64,000 bases of DNA from Candidatus Latescibacterota bacterium (GTDB lineage: Bacteria > Latescibacterota > UBA2968 > UBA8231): the NCBI GenBank assembly GCA_965203175.1, contig OZ241867.1, forward strand, positions 4,768,001 to 4,832,000, in the 5' to 3' direction. The notes under the pieces are model-generated. The model was not told where the DNA came from. It did no database searches and saw only the letters and a list, made by a program, of their open reading frames with translations. Of the stretch, positions 19,308-29,213 are shown one piece after another (positions within the stretch are counted from its first letter, which is position 1; each line of letters starts with the position of its first letter). Position numbers and translations under genes: made by a program.

Positions 19308-20498
19308 CTACCCTGCCTCGACATCGGAGCGGTACGGTACGCGCCCGTGCAGCAACGCATCGCAGGCCGCCCCCACCGCCGGATTGCCACCAGTCAAACA
19401 CCCCATAGCCCGGGCTTGGGCCACGGTCAAGCTGCCGGCAAACAACTGGGTAAAAGTGTTAATGTCGCAGCACAACGCGTCTTTATCTGCCTTTTCCGAA
19501 ACTTGCACCTGACCTCCTTCAGCCTGCACTGTCGCGACCAGCGGCTTATCGGCATTCACCACCCAATCGGCGACCTCAAACGAGACCGTCGCCTGCAAAT
19601 TTTCGGGCGGCTTGAGATGCGCCAGAGCCTGAGCCACGTCCAGCACCCGCAGCGCTAGGTCGTGTTCAACGGAAGCATCAAAACGCTCTGGAAAAGTGCG
19701 GAGTAACAGACTGTCAGGCGGCAGCTCAAGTCTCAGAGCGGCTACCCCGTCCATATCGGCCAAGGACCGCACAAATTTCAATTGGGCAGTAAAAGAAGCC
19801 CCGTGCAACTCCCGCACGGTAATGCGTTTGCCTTGGCCGCGCCCCATATCCCCTATTCCCATTACAGCGGAACAGTCTATGCCCCCACCATCCCCCTCCA
19901 GCACCCAAAGCTCGCGCTTTATATCCTCCTTTTGCCAAAACGCTTCCGAGCGCACTGACTGCCCATTGCGCAGTTGCGCCCCCTCGGTGTGCAACCGATG
20001 CACGGCGGTTGTGTCCTCCGCGGTCGCCCGCCGTACCGTCCCAGTCTCCTCCGTAGCTTGACGCACCAAATCCGGCCATACTTTCAGTTCCAATCTCGGT
20101 GCCGGACAAGCCCAACCGAATTTGCCGTACCACCTAAAGGAAAAAGGCCACAGCGGACTAACGCAGCAACCGCGTTCCCGCAGTATGTGAATGGCCTGCA
20201 CCATAAGCCCACCCGCGTGACCACGCCGCTTATGCTTGGGATCGGTAGCCACCCCGCCAATGGCCCCAGCCGGAATCTGTGCCGCGCCCCACCACAGCGA
20301 TTCGGGCTGATAGCCCAAGGCGCACACCAAAGTCCCTTCCCCATCAAAGCCAGCCAGCGCCGTCTCATCATCCCCGTACCAATCTTCAGCGTGTTCCATA
20401 AAGGCGCGTCCGGCCACTAAGCGGGCATGGGGTAAACCCTCCGGTCCTAGCTGGCGGACGTCTAGGTCTTTATTGTAATGGGGTTGCTGCATCACCAT
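19308..20498 (-). CDS. Eis-like GNAT acetyltransferase with C-terminal SCP2-like domain
   Basis: GGVATDPKHKRRGHA acetyl-CoA motif, LWPFSFRWYGKFGW, RVLDV..AL; about 400 aa. Confidence 0.88.
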   Translation of the reverse strand: MVMQQPHYNKDLDVRQLGPEGLPHARLVAGRAFMEHAEDWYGDDETALAGFDGEGTLVCALGYQPESLWWGAAQIPAGAIGGVATDPKHKRRGHAGGLMVQAIHILRERGCCVSPLWPFSFRWYGKFGWACPAPRLELKVWPDLVRQATEETGTVRRATAEDTTAVHRLHTEGAQLRNGQSVRSEAFWQKEDIKRELWVLEGDGGGIDCSAVMGIGDMGRGQGKRITVRELHGASFTAQLKFVRSLADMDGVAALRLELPPDSLLLRTFPERFDASVEHDLALRVLDVAQALAHLKPPENLQATVSFEVADWVVNADKPLVATVQAEGGQVQVSEKADKDALCCDINTFTQLFAGSLTVAQARAMGCLTGGNPAVGAACDALLHGRVPYRSDVEAG

Positions 20499-20580
20499 TC
20501 TCCTCCTCTGGGCATTGTCCTACCAACCCGAGTATCGCTATTATTCCCAACAATGGGAAGCGACTAACTTGAGCGTCAAA

Positions 20581-22221
20581 ATGAAAATTATCAATCGCAG
20601 TAGCATCAACCGCAGCCAGCCAAATACGCCACGGCCCTTTTCGCCCTTTCTCGCGCTCGCGGGCTGGCCGACCTTGGCGTGGTTGGTCCCCCTCTTGGGG
20701 CTAACTGCGGCTTTTGGCGAAATAGTGGGCGCAGCAAACTGCGGCGACTCGGTGTGGAATGCTGATGACGACGCGCGCTACGTCACCCGCTTCCACGAAC
20801 ACCACGGGCCGATAGAACCAGTGGAGCCACTGGCGACGTATCTGGAAATTCGCAACTACGACCGCTTCAACGGAGCCGTCCTCGACGACCGGCTGGCGCT
20901 CGTGGCCCGCAGCGGTGCCGATCAGGGCTGGTCGCCGACCGTCGGCGTGGACTCGTGGAGCGTATCGCTCAACGAGATGTACCGGCACACGGGCGATCGC
21001 CGCTACTTCGACGAAAATCTCAAGCTCGTCCGCGTCGTCATCAACAACCGCGACGACCGGCGCGTGCCCCAAGAGCAGTTGTGGAACGGCTCGGTGGTAC
21101 CGCTGTGGAGCGATGGCACCTACTCCTCGCGCGGACGCGAGGCCTATGTCCTGCACACCGGGCTAATCGCCTATCCGATCTTCGACTTCCTACTAATCGC
21201 CCGCGAGGACCCCAACCTGCTGGCTGCCTTCGACTCCGGTGAGTACGACCGCATCTTAGCAGACGTACAAGCGGCGGTGTCCTTCCACGACGCCGAGTGG
21301 GTTGACGGGCCCGGGCCGTCCGAGGGCTACTACCATCACCCGTCCGATTACCAAGACTCCAACTACGCCACCGTGCCCGTGCCGTTCAACTGGCTCAGCG
21401 CCATGGGCCGTGCTCTGTGGACTTCCCACCTGCTGACCGGCAACCTTGAGCACAGAGATCGCGCCATCCGCTTGGCCCACTACTGCAGGAATCGTCTCCA
21501 TCCAACGCCCGACGGGGCCTACATCTGGGAGTACTACCTGCCACGGGAGTCAATCCGGCACCTGAGTAAGCAGTGGAATGAGGTGTTCTCCGAGGATACC
21601 GGTCACGCCGCCCTCAGTCTCACCTTTCCGATTATGATGGCGGACCACGGCCAAGTCTTTGACGCCAGCGACATGATGCGCTTCGGCCAGACGGTCCGCT
21701 GCGGCTTCGGTCGCCTCGGAGGGGGTGTGCTGCTCGGCGAGATTAACGGAGACCCGACCCGCTTCGGGCCAGCCCAGGTGAGCGTCATGGCTCCCTTCCT
21801 GCGCCTCACTCCCTACGTGCCGGAGGTATTCCCAATCATCGCCGCGTACTACACCTATTTCATCGACTCGGAAGGGCCGCTCGACGGGGCGCTACTGCGT
21901 CGCTTCAAGCCCACCGCTGCGGTACCCACGGTCGTGCAAGAGGAACTGGAGAGGCCGCTGGTGGCGGCGCTTGCGCAGCCCTACCCAAATCCCTTCAATA
22001 GCTCGGTGCAGATCGAGTACTCCCTCGCAGTCGCTGCTGCGGTACGCCTAGAGATATTCGACGTAGCCGGACAGCGACTGCGGACGCTCATCAACACACA
22101 ACAGGCTTCGGGAACGCACCGTGCACACTGGGAAGCTGATGACGTCGCCGCTGGCCCTTACATCGTCCGCCTGCGGGCCGGCGAGTGGAGTCAGACGCGC
22201 AAGCTCATGCTGCTCAAGTAG
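20581..22221 (+). CDS. Secreted protein (possible alpha/alpha-toroid) with T9SS type A/FlgD-like C-terminal domain; N-terminus derived from the sialidase start
   Basis: C-terminus PYPNPFNSSVQIEY...IFDVAGQRLRTL...GPYIVRL...TRKLMLLK; first 78 nt are 65/78 identical to 22335-22412. Confidence 0.8.
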   Translation: MKIINRSSINRSQPNTPRPFSPFLALAGWPTLAWLVPLLGLTAAFGEIVGAANCGDSVWNADDDARYVTRFHEHHGPIEPVEPLATYLEIRNYDRFNGAVLDDRLALVARSGADQGWSPTVGVDSWSVSLNEMYRHTGDRRYFDENLKLVRVVINNRDDRRVPQEQLWNGSVVPLWSDGTYSSRGREAYVLHTGLIAYPIFDFLLIAREDPNLLAAFDSGEYDRILADVQAAVSFHDAEWVDGPGPSEGYYHHPSDYQDSNYATVPVPFNWLSAMGRALWTSHLLTGNLEHRDRAIRLAHYCRNRLHPTPDGAYIWEYYLPRESIRHLSKQWNEVFSEDTGHAALSLTFPIMMADHGQVFDASDMMRFGQTVRCGFGRLGGGVLLGEINGDPTRFGPAQVSVMAPFLRLTPYVPEVFPIIAAYYTYFIDSEGPLDGALLRRFKPTAAVPTVVQEELERPLVAALAQPYPNPFNSSVQIEYSLAVAAAVRLEIFDVAGQRLRTLINTQQASGTHRAHWEADDVAAGPYIVRLRAGEWSQTRKLMLLK

Positions 22222-22334
22222 TCCTCTGGCGCGACTTTCCATATCCCAATCCGGGATGTCCGTCGTGAATCGCCATCAGTCCGGTGCCGATCTCGTACAA
22301 AAATGCGCAGTTGCAAAAACAAGGAAATATTGAG

Positions 22335-23459
22335 ATGAAAATTATCAACCGCGGCATCATCAACCGCGGCGAGCCCAATACGCCGCGCGCCTTTTCGACT
22401 TTTCCCGCGCTCATCCCGCTGGCCGACGGCTCGCTGCTGTCCACCTACCGCGTCGGCAGCAGCAAGGACTCGGCGGACGGCACGATCGAACTGAAGCGCT
22501 CGGACGATGGCGGGCAGTCTTGGAGCGCCCCCGCAACCCCTTTTGCCACGACCTTAAACGGGCTAAACGGCTCAATCAGGGTCGGCTATATCACCGACCT
22601 AGGCAACGGCCACCTGTTGCTCGCCGCCATGTGGGTAGACCGCCAGACCTATCCGGGCCAACCCCTCTTTAACGAAGAGACCGAAGGCTGCCTGCCGATG
22701 GAGATCGTCTTGGCCGATTCCCACGACCTAGGGCGCACCTGGTCCGACTGGCGCGTCGTGTCCGTCCCCCCGGACGTTGGCCCACCCAGCCTGACCAACC
22801 CCGTACTCATCCTGCCCAGCGGCCGACTGGCCTTGAGCATCGAGACCAATAAAACCTATTTGGACCGAGGCCAGTGGCTACAGCGGGTGGTGTATTTATA
22901 CTCGGAAGATCAGGGCCAGACCTGGAGCGATCCCGTCACCACCTGCCAAGACCCCACCGGCCGCATCTTCAACTGGGACCAGCGCGCTGGCGTCTGCCCC
23001 GACGGCCGCGTAGTCACCTTCACCTGGACCTACGACCGGCAGACAACCCAGTACCTCAATATCCAGCGCCACATCAGTTCAGACGAAGGCACCACTTGGT
23101 CTGCCCCCGATGATCTCGGTTTTCCCGACCAAGCCGCGCATCCGGCCATTTTGCCCGATGGCCGCGTGGTCTTGGCCTGGGTCGATCGCTTCCAGTCGCA
23201 CTCGATTCGCGCCCGCCTAGCCCTAGCAGCAGACGCCCCCTTTGACGCTGATACCGAAGTAGAGCTGTACCGCCAAACAGTCGAATCTTCGCAATCCGCG
23301 GCTGGCCAAGGAGACACCGGCGACTTGCTAGCCGAAATGGGCTTGTGGAGTTTTGGCCTACCCTTTTCAGCTGCCCTGCCCGATGGCGACGTCATGGTCG
23401 TCTATTACGCCGGCGACGACGTCTGCATGGAAGTGCGCTGGGCTCGTTTGTCACTATAG
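22335..23459 (+). CDS. Sialidase/BNR-repeat (Asp-box) family protein
   Basis: SDDGGQSW, SHDLGRTW, SEDQGQTW, SSDEGTTW Asp boxes. Confidence 0.88.
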   Translation: MKIINRGIINRGEPNTPRAFSTFPALIPLADGSLLSTYRVGSSKDSADGTIELKRSDDGGQSWSAPATPFATTLNGLNGSIRVGYITDLGNGHLLLAAMWVDRQTYPGQPLFNEETEGCLPMEIVLADSHDLGRTWSDWRVVSVPPDVGPPSLTNPVLILPSGRLALSIETNKTYLDRGQWLQRVVYLYSEDQGQTWSDPVTTCQDPTGRIFNWDQRAGVCPDGRVVTFTWTYDRQTTQYLNIQRHISSDEGTTWSAPDDLGFPDQAAHPAILPDGRVVLAWVDRFQSHSIRARLALAADAPFDADTEVELYRQTVESSQSAAGQGDTGDLLAEMGLWSFGLPFSAALPDGDVMVVYYAGDDVCMEVRWARLSL

Positions 23460-23473
23460 GAGGATGCTTTCTC

Positions 23474-24919
23474 ATGCAGCAATCGCCCCCCAATCTCCTC
23501 TACATCCACTCCGACCAGCACAATCCCTACGTCATGGGCTGCGCTGGCGATCCGGTGGTGGAGACTCCGCATTTGGACCGCCTCGCCGCCGAAGGCGTGC
23601 AATGCACCCAAGTCTACTGCCCGTCGCCGGTGTGCGTGGCCTCGCGCATGGCCATGCTCGCGGGACGCTACCCCAGCGACATTGAAGTGTGGACCAACAA
23701 TCAGATCCTCGATTCGGGGGTGCCGACGATGGCCCACGCCATGGGAGCGGCCGGGTATCGACCCGTGCTGATCGGCCGCATGCACTCAATAGGTCCCGAC
23801 CAACTGCACGGCTATGTCGCAAGGCCAGTGGGCGACCACTCCTCCAATTGGCCCGGCGGGGGGCACGCCCCGGCCATGGCCCGTGGGAGTCTGGAAAAGG
23901 CCGGAGCGGGACAGAGCTCGTACCAAGTACACGACGAGGACGTGACCGCAGCAGCCGTGTACTTTCTAAATCAACTGGGAGTGCAAAAACGCGCCGGTCA
24001 AGCTGAAGGCCCCTTCAGCCTCAGCATCGGCTTTATGCTGCCGCATTCTCCCTATTTGGCGCGGCAACCTCTATACGATTACTACCGAGCGAAAATTCGC
24101 CCGCCCACGGTACGCGAGCCTTTTGGCGACCACCTCCATCCGGCGATCCGCTGGTGGCGGGCCCACGGCGGTTTGCAGGATGTGCCCGAGGAATGGGTGC
24201 TCAACGCCCGGGCTGCCTATTGGGCCTTGGTCGCCGAGATGGACGGCATGATCGGCCGCATTTTAACGGCCTTGCGAGAAAATGGCTTGGCCGACAATAC
24301 CCTAGTGGTATACAGCTCGGATCACGGCGAGTTGGTCGGCGAGCACGACTTGTGGATGAAGCGGACTTTTTACGAAGAGTCGGTCAAAGTGCCAGCCATT
24401 ATCTCTTGGCCCGGCGTTCTGCCGGCTGGGACGCGTTGCGACCGAGTGATGAGCGCCTTGGACCTCAACGCCACCATGCTCCAAGCCTTGGGTGCTCCGC
24501 CCTTACCCAATTCGCCAGGGCGGTCGGCACTGGAGTTTCTGCGCACGGGACAGAGCGATTGGGAGGATGTAGCCTTTTCGGAATACGCCCTGCGCGAGGG
24601 CCAAGTGCAGCGCATGGTCCGCCGCGGGCCGTGGAAGCTGGTCTACCACTGGCGGGAGCGCCCCCAGTTGTTCAATCTAGAAGAAGATCCTCAAGAGCGA
24701 GTGGACCGGGCCGCCGAGCCAGAGTGCCAAGAAGTGGTAGCCGAGTTGACCGACTTGGTCTTGGACGGATGGGATCCGGCCCATGTCGCGGCACGGCTGG
24801 AAGCGCGGCAGGCGGATATCGATTTGATCCGAGACTGGGCCGAACAGACTAACGCACCCGACCAGTTTCGCTGGGATCAGCGGTCGGATATGACCTATCG
24901 GGAGCTTCCATCTGGTTGA
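23474..24919 (+). CDS. Sulfatase (choline-sulfatase-like)
   Basis: PNLLYIHSDQH, TPHLD.LA.EG, CVASR (CxAxR variant), SDHGE, YEESVKVP, LFNLEEDP.E. Confidence 0.93.
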   Translation: MQQSPPNLLYIHSDQHNPYVMGCAGDPVVETPHLDRLAAEGVQCTQVYCPSPVCVASRMAMLAGRYPSDIEVWTNNQILDSGVPTMAHAMGAAGYRPVLIGRMHSIGPDQLHGYVARPVGDHSSNWPGGGHAPAMARGSLEKAGAGQSSYQVHDEDVTAAAVYFLNQLGVQKRAGQAEGPFSLSIGFMLPHSPYLARQPLYDYYRAKIRPPTVREPFGDHLHPAIRWWRAHGGLQDVPEEWVLNARAAYWALVAEMDGMIGRILTALRENGLADNTLVVYSSDHGELVGEHDLWMKRTFYEESVKVPAIISWPGVLPAGTRCDRVMSALDLNATMLQALGAPPLPNSPGRSALEFLRTGQSDWEDVAFSEYALREGQVQRMVRRGPWKLVYHWRERPQLFNLEEDPQERVDRAAEPECQEVVAELTDLVLDGWDPAHVAARLEARQADIDLIRDWAEQTNAPDQFRWDQRSDMTYRELPSG

Positions 24920-24966
24920 TTCCCCACCTTTAGACGCCTATATTGCCCCGCGCCAAGGAGCATCCC

Positions 24967-25764
24967 ATGAGCACAGAACTTTTCGACTTGACCAACCAAG
25001 TGGCCGTGGTGATCGGCGGGGCCCGCGATTTGGGCCGCGACATGGCCGAGAGCTTAGCCGACGCCGGTTGTCACCTAGCCATCACCTCCCGCCAAAAAGC
25101 CAGTGCCCAAGCCACCGCAGAGCATCTCAAAGAGACCTACGGCTGTGAGGTGTACAGCGACGCCCTCGACATCTGCGACCACGCCGCCCTCAGCCAATTC
25201 GCCCAAGACGTGCACAAGTGGCAAGGCCGCGTCAATGTAGTGGTCAACAACGCCGGCGGCGGCTTGGGGCTGACTACCACCGACCTATTCGAGCGCAAGC
25301 CCGAAGACGCCCGCCTGCTCATCGACACCAATTTGACCGGCCCCCTCTTCTCCTGCCAAATCTTCGGCCGCATCATGGCCGAACAAGGCTCGGGCTCCAT
25401 CATCAACATCGCCTCTATCGCTGGTCTAGTCGGCCGCGACCGCCGCATGTACGAGCGCAGCGGCTTGGGCCAGCAACCGCTTGACTACGCCGCAGCCAAA
25501 GCCGGCGTCATCGGTCTGACGATGGACGCGGCCGCCTATTTAGCTCCTATGGGGGTGCGGGTCAACGCCATTTCGCCCGGCGGCTTTGAGCGCGGCCAAC
25601 CCCAGGCCTTTATCGACGCGTACAGCGACGCCACCGCCTTGGGCCGCATGGGCCGCGACGGCATGGACATGAAGGGAGCGGTGCGCTTTTTGGCCTCGCC
25701 CGCCGCCGACTATATCACTGGGCACAACTTGGTGGTGGACGGCGGCTTTTGCATGTGGAAGTAG
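24967..25764 (+). CDS. SDR family oxidoreductase
   Basis: GGARDLG, NNAG, YAAAK, VRVNAISPGG, YITGHNLVVDGG. Confidence 0.94.
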   Translation: MSTELFDLTNQVAVVIGGARDLGRDMAESLADAGCHLAITSRQKASAQATAEHLKETYGCEVYSDALDICDHAALSQFAQDVHKWQGRVNVVVNNAGGGLGLTTTDLFERKPEDARLLIDTNLTGPLFSCQIFGRIMAEQGSGSIINIASIAGLVGRDRRMYERSGLGQQPLDYAAAKAGVIGLTMDAAAYLAPMGVRVNAISPGGFERGQPQAFIDAYSDATALGRMGRDGMDMKGAVRFLASPAADYITGHNLVVDGGFCMWK

Positions 25765-25783
25765 CGTCTCAGAGGATAAGCCA

Positions 25784-26689
25784 ATGAGCGAAACCCCCAT
25801 AAAAATCACCCCCCAACAACAGCGGCAGTTCGACGAAGACGGCTTCTTCCTCGTCGAAGACGCCCTGCCGCCCGACCGCATCGCCGCACTGTTGCAACGG
25901 CTCGACGAGTTGTACGACCGCTACCGCCAAGAGCGCAATCTCGATCCCCGCCAAGCCTTTCAGATGCGCAATATCGCCACCGATTCCCTCTTTAAGGAAT
26001 TGGTGGACTACCCCCCCATTTTGCCTCTAATTGTGGACCTGATGGGCTACAATATCCAGCTCCGCACGTCGCACCTCGACGTGCGCCCGCCACAGGATCC
26101 AGCCGACGGAGAGCACGAGTTAGGTGCCCCGGACAGTTTTTTCCCGTGGCACGCCGACGGTCCCGACTACGGCTGGGCCGCGGTCGATGGAGTGCTGCCG
26201 TTTATGGAGATGAAGGTCGGCTATTATTTAACCGACCTGACCCAACCTTTGAGCGGTGCCATTTGCGTTGTGCGCGGCAGCCATCGCCAATCGCCGTGGC
26301 TTAACGAGGATGCACGCCGCGTCGATCCCGCGCGCATCGTCGAAGTCAACGTCGATCCCGGCACCGCGCTGGTTTGGCGCACGGCCTTGTACCACTGCCT
26401 GACCCCCAATCTATCCGACCAACCGCGCAAGTGCCTGTACTACGGCTATCAGCACCGCTGGATCCGCCCCTCGGATTACGAGCACCAAGCCCCGGAAATT
26501 TTGGCCGGGTGCGACCCGGTGCGGCGTCAGCTCTTAGGCGAATTGGGCACCGGCAGTACGGCCTATGCTGGCGACGACCCCTTGGTGCTGCCAGTGTCGC
26601 GCTATTGGCGGCCCAAAGACGAGGATATCCCGCTCAAAGCTTGGGCGGAGAATTATCGGTCTAACTTAAAGGAGGAGACCGTCCCGTGA
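25784..26689 (+). CDS. PhyH family dioxygenase
   Basis: FDEDGF, WHAD, YLTD..GAICVVRGSH, LYHC. Confidence 0.9.
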   Translation: MSETPIKITPQQQRQFDEDGFFLVEDALPPDRIAALLQRLDELYDRYRQERNLDPRQAFQMRNIATDSLFKELVDYPPILPLIVDLMGYNIQLRTSHLDVRPPQDPADGEHELGAPDSFFPWHADGPDYGWAAVDGVLPFMEMKVGYYLTDLTQPLSGAICVVRGSHRQSPWLNEDARRVDPARIVEVNVDPGTALVWRTALYHCLTPNLSDQPRKCLYYGYQHRWIRPSDYEHQAPEILAGCDPVRRQLLGELGTGSTAYAGDDPLVLPVSRYWRPKDEDIPLKAWAENYRSNLKEETVP

Positions 26690-27480
26690 CCCAACAAACC
26701 CTGCGCCACCTCACCCCCGATCAAGTCGAACGCTTCTACCTCGACGGCTGCCTGACCGTCGAGGATGTGCTAACCCCCGATGAGGTCGCCTCTTTAGCAG
26801 CCCACACCGACCGCATCGCCACCGGCGAGTTGGAGCACATCCCCGACACCAGCATCCAGCTCGAACCCGTCTTCCGTCGCGGCGAAAAAGCCGTCACCGA
26901 TCAGGTGCTGGCCGTGCGCAAATTGTACAACATAGCGGTGTACGACGACGTAATGTGGGCCCACGTCACCCACCCCAAAATCGCCGACATCATCGCCGAC
27001 CTGCTCAGTACCGACGACATCAAGATGTACGGCGACCAGCTCTTTATGAAAGCGCCGCGCACGGGCTCGGCGCAGGGCTGGCACCAGGACTCGGCCTCTT
27101 GGCGCGACATTTTCCCCATGGACTTGGTCTCTGCCTGGACTGCCATTGACGCGGCCACCCGCGACAACGGCTGCCTCAACTTTGCCCCGGGCACCCACCG
27201 CTGGGGCATGTTGCGGGGCGAGCGCTTAGCTCCTTTTGTCGCCGATCTCGAAAGCGGCGGCTGGCCCATCCGGCCCGCTCCCCTGCGCGCCGGCAGCATC
27301 AGCTTCCACCACAGCCTAACGCTGCACCAGAGCAACGCCAATCTGACCGGCACGCGACGCCGGGGCTATGCCGTGCACTACATGCGCGCGACTTCCTGGC
27401 GCGACGAGGCAGTCACCGACGCGCCCAAGATGCCGCCCTTCAAGCAGGTGCGGGGTCGGTCTTTTCCTGGGAGGGTTTGA
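26686..27480 (+). CDS. PhyH family dioxygenase
   Basis: F..DG, KAP..G..WHQD, AWTAID....NGCL..PGTH, LH.S..N; GTGA overlap. Confidence 0.92.
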   Translation: MTQQTLRHLTPDQVERFYLDGCLTVEDVLTPDEVASLAAHTDRIATGELEHIPDTSIQLEPVFRRGEKAVTDQVLAVRKLYNIAVYDDVMWAHVTHPKIADIIADLLSTDDIKMYGDQLFMKAPRTGSAQGWHQDSASWRDIFPMDLVSAWTAIDAATRDNGCLNFAPGTHRWGMLRGERLAPFVADLESGGWPIRPAPLRAGSISFHHSLTLHQSNANLTGTRRRGYAVHYMRATSWRDEAVTDAPKMPPFKQVRGRSFPGRV

Positions 27481-27483
27481 GGA

Positions 27484-27562
27484 TATATCCCACACCGGAA
27501 GGCATCTGGCGTGGAATCGTTTGAACGACCTGAAAGTAAGGTTAGAGCGGACAGAAGATTGA
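27484..27562 (+). pseudogene. Possible decayed 3' end of an SNF2/DUF3883 helicase gene
   Basis: Reads YIPHRKASGVES then, after a 1-nt shift, LNDLKVRLERTED*. Resembles the YI...GVxSVNYDLxxLLxRAE terminus recalled for these helicases and the clearer remnant at 31942. Confidence 0.35.
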
Positions 27563-27567
27563 TGATG

Positions 27568-27601
27568 AAAAAGACAAAAAGAAACGCCCCTTGCGGGGCG
27601 T
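27568..27601 (-). terminator. Rho-independent terminator, minus strand
   Basis: Minus strand reads ACGCCCC-GCAA-GGGGCGT followed by TTCTTTTTGTCTTTTT (perfect 7-bp stem, GNRA loop, U-rich tail). Confidence 0.75.
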
Positions 27602-27692
27602 CAGGCCGAAGATTCTATCTCCAGCGGGGTGATGTAGAAATATAATATTAGTTGGCAGTTGTCAATTGCAATAAATACCGGGAGATGAAAAT

Positions 27693-29213
27693 ATGAACGG
27701 TCTAGCCACACAGGACGCACTTGAACTCGAAGTGGCTAATTTCGGGCCGATCGTCGAGGCCAAGATTGATTTGCGTCCGCTGACCGTATTCGTCGGGCCG
27801 AGCAACACGGGGAAATCCTATCTGGCGATCCTGATCTATGCGCTGCATCGGTTTTTTAGGGCAGGTCCCTACCCTATAGAACGGCCGGTTACAGGCCCAA
27901 TCTCTCAATTTCTAAAGGGCGAAGAGCCGTACTTCCACCTGCCCGGTGCCGAATTCGACCGCATCTTACAAGCATTACGAGAATGGGAAGTAGAAAACCA
28001 CGAGCGTGGTGCGGCTCTGTCGGCTCCGGTCGTGGACTTGGTGCTTCCGCTACTCCGAGACGTTGATGGTTTTAAAGAGGTGCTCGATGAGGAAATCACG
28101 AGGTGTTTCGGCGTAGATGGCACAAAGAATCTGATTCGCCATTCGGGCAGCAACAAGGCTGAGGTTACCTTGCAAAGCAGCGGATTGGGAGAAGGCGGCA
28201 ATACGGCACCGTTCAAATACGCCCTTGCGATGACGAGGACGGGACCTCAGCTAATCACCGTTATCCCCGAGGGGGCACCTTTGCGGGTCGAAGAATCGCC
28301 GGAAAGGTATGGTTACTCTTCGAGATTTCTTAGCTGGCGCGACGATATAGACAGGAAGCTGGGCGTGTGGGAAGTGTCGCAGGACCTTGCCAATTCCGTC
28401 CTTTCCTTCATCCTTGGCCCGATGAGCCGCCCTGCTCATTATCTCCCTGCTGATCGCACAGGCGTGATGCACGCTCATCGCGTGCTCCTCGGTTCCTTGC
28501 TCAACCGTGCCTCGCAATCTCGGCTTCGCCAAGATGATCCGCTGCCAGACCTTTCCGGCGTTGTCGCCGATTTTCTCAAGCAACTCATCGAATTGGGCGA
28601 TCTTGCGGGACGTCAGAGCAACAAAGCAGACGCTCTGGCCAAGCGCATTGAGCAAGCGATCCTCACAGGCTCGGTTCAAATCAAAACGTCGGCAATGGGC
28701 TATCCGCTGTTTTTCTATAAACCCGACGGATGGAAAAATTCTCTACCTCTGATGAACACCTCGTCGATGGTGTCGGAACTCGCGCCAGTGGTCTTGTATC
28801 TGCGCCATGTCGTTCAACCCGGCGAGACCCTGATCATCGAAGAACCAGAATCTCACCTGCATCCGGCCATGCAGGTCGAATTCATCCGCCAAATCGCGGC
28901 GCTCGTCAATGCAGGCGTCAGGGTGATCGTCACGACGCACAGCGAGTGGGTGCTGGAGGAACTCGCCAACATCGTACGGCGCTCCGAACTTCCCAAGGCT
29001 CGTCGCAAGGAGATACCTCGGGGTGATTTCGCACTGCCTTCTGACCAAGTGGGCGCATGGCTGTTCGAGCCGAAGCGCCGCCCCAAGGGATCGGTGGTGA
29101 GGGAAATTCGTCTCGACGATTCAGGGCTTTATCCATCCGAATTTGATGAAGTCGCACGCGTACTCCACAACGACTGGGCCGATATTTCTAGCTGGATCGG
29201 AGAAACCGAATGA
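27693..29213 (+). CDS. ABC-type ATPase of the AAA_15/AAA_21 (AbiEii/OLD-like) class, defence-associated
   Basis: NFGPI, GPSNTGKS Walker A, YLPADRTG, SSMVSEL signature, LIIEEPESHLHP Walker B, TTHS. Confidence 0.9.
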   Translation: MNGLATQDALELEVANFGPIVEAKIDLRPLTVFVGPSNTGKSYLAILIYALHRFFRAGPYPIERPVTGPISQFLKGEEPYFHLPGAEFDRILQALREWEVENHERGAALSAPVVDLVLPLLRDVDGFKEVLDEEITRCFGVDGTKNLIRHSGSNKAEVTLQSSGLGEGGNTAPFKYALAMTRTGPQLITVIPEGAPLRVEESPERYGYSSRFLSWRDDIDRKLGVWEVSQDLANSVLSFILGPMSRPAHYLPADRTGVMHAHRVLLGSLLNRASQSRLRQDDPLPDLSGVVADFLKQLIELGDLAGRQSNKADALAKRIEQAILTGSVQIKTSAMGYPLFFYKPDGWKNSLPLMNTSSMVSELAPVVLYLRHVVQPGETLIIEEPESHLHPAMQVEFIRQIAALVNAGVRVIVTTHSEWVLEELANIVRRSELPKARRKEIPRGDFALPSDQVGAWLFEPKRRPKGSVVREIRLDDSGLYPSEFDEVARVLHNDWADISSWIGETE

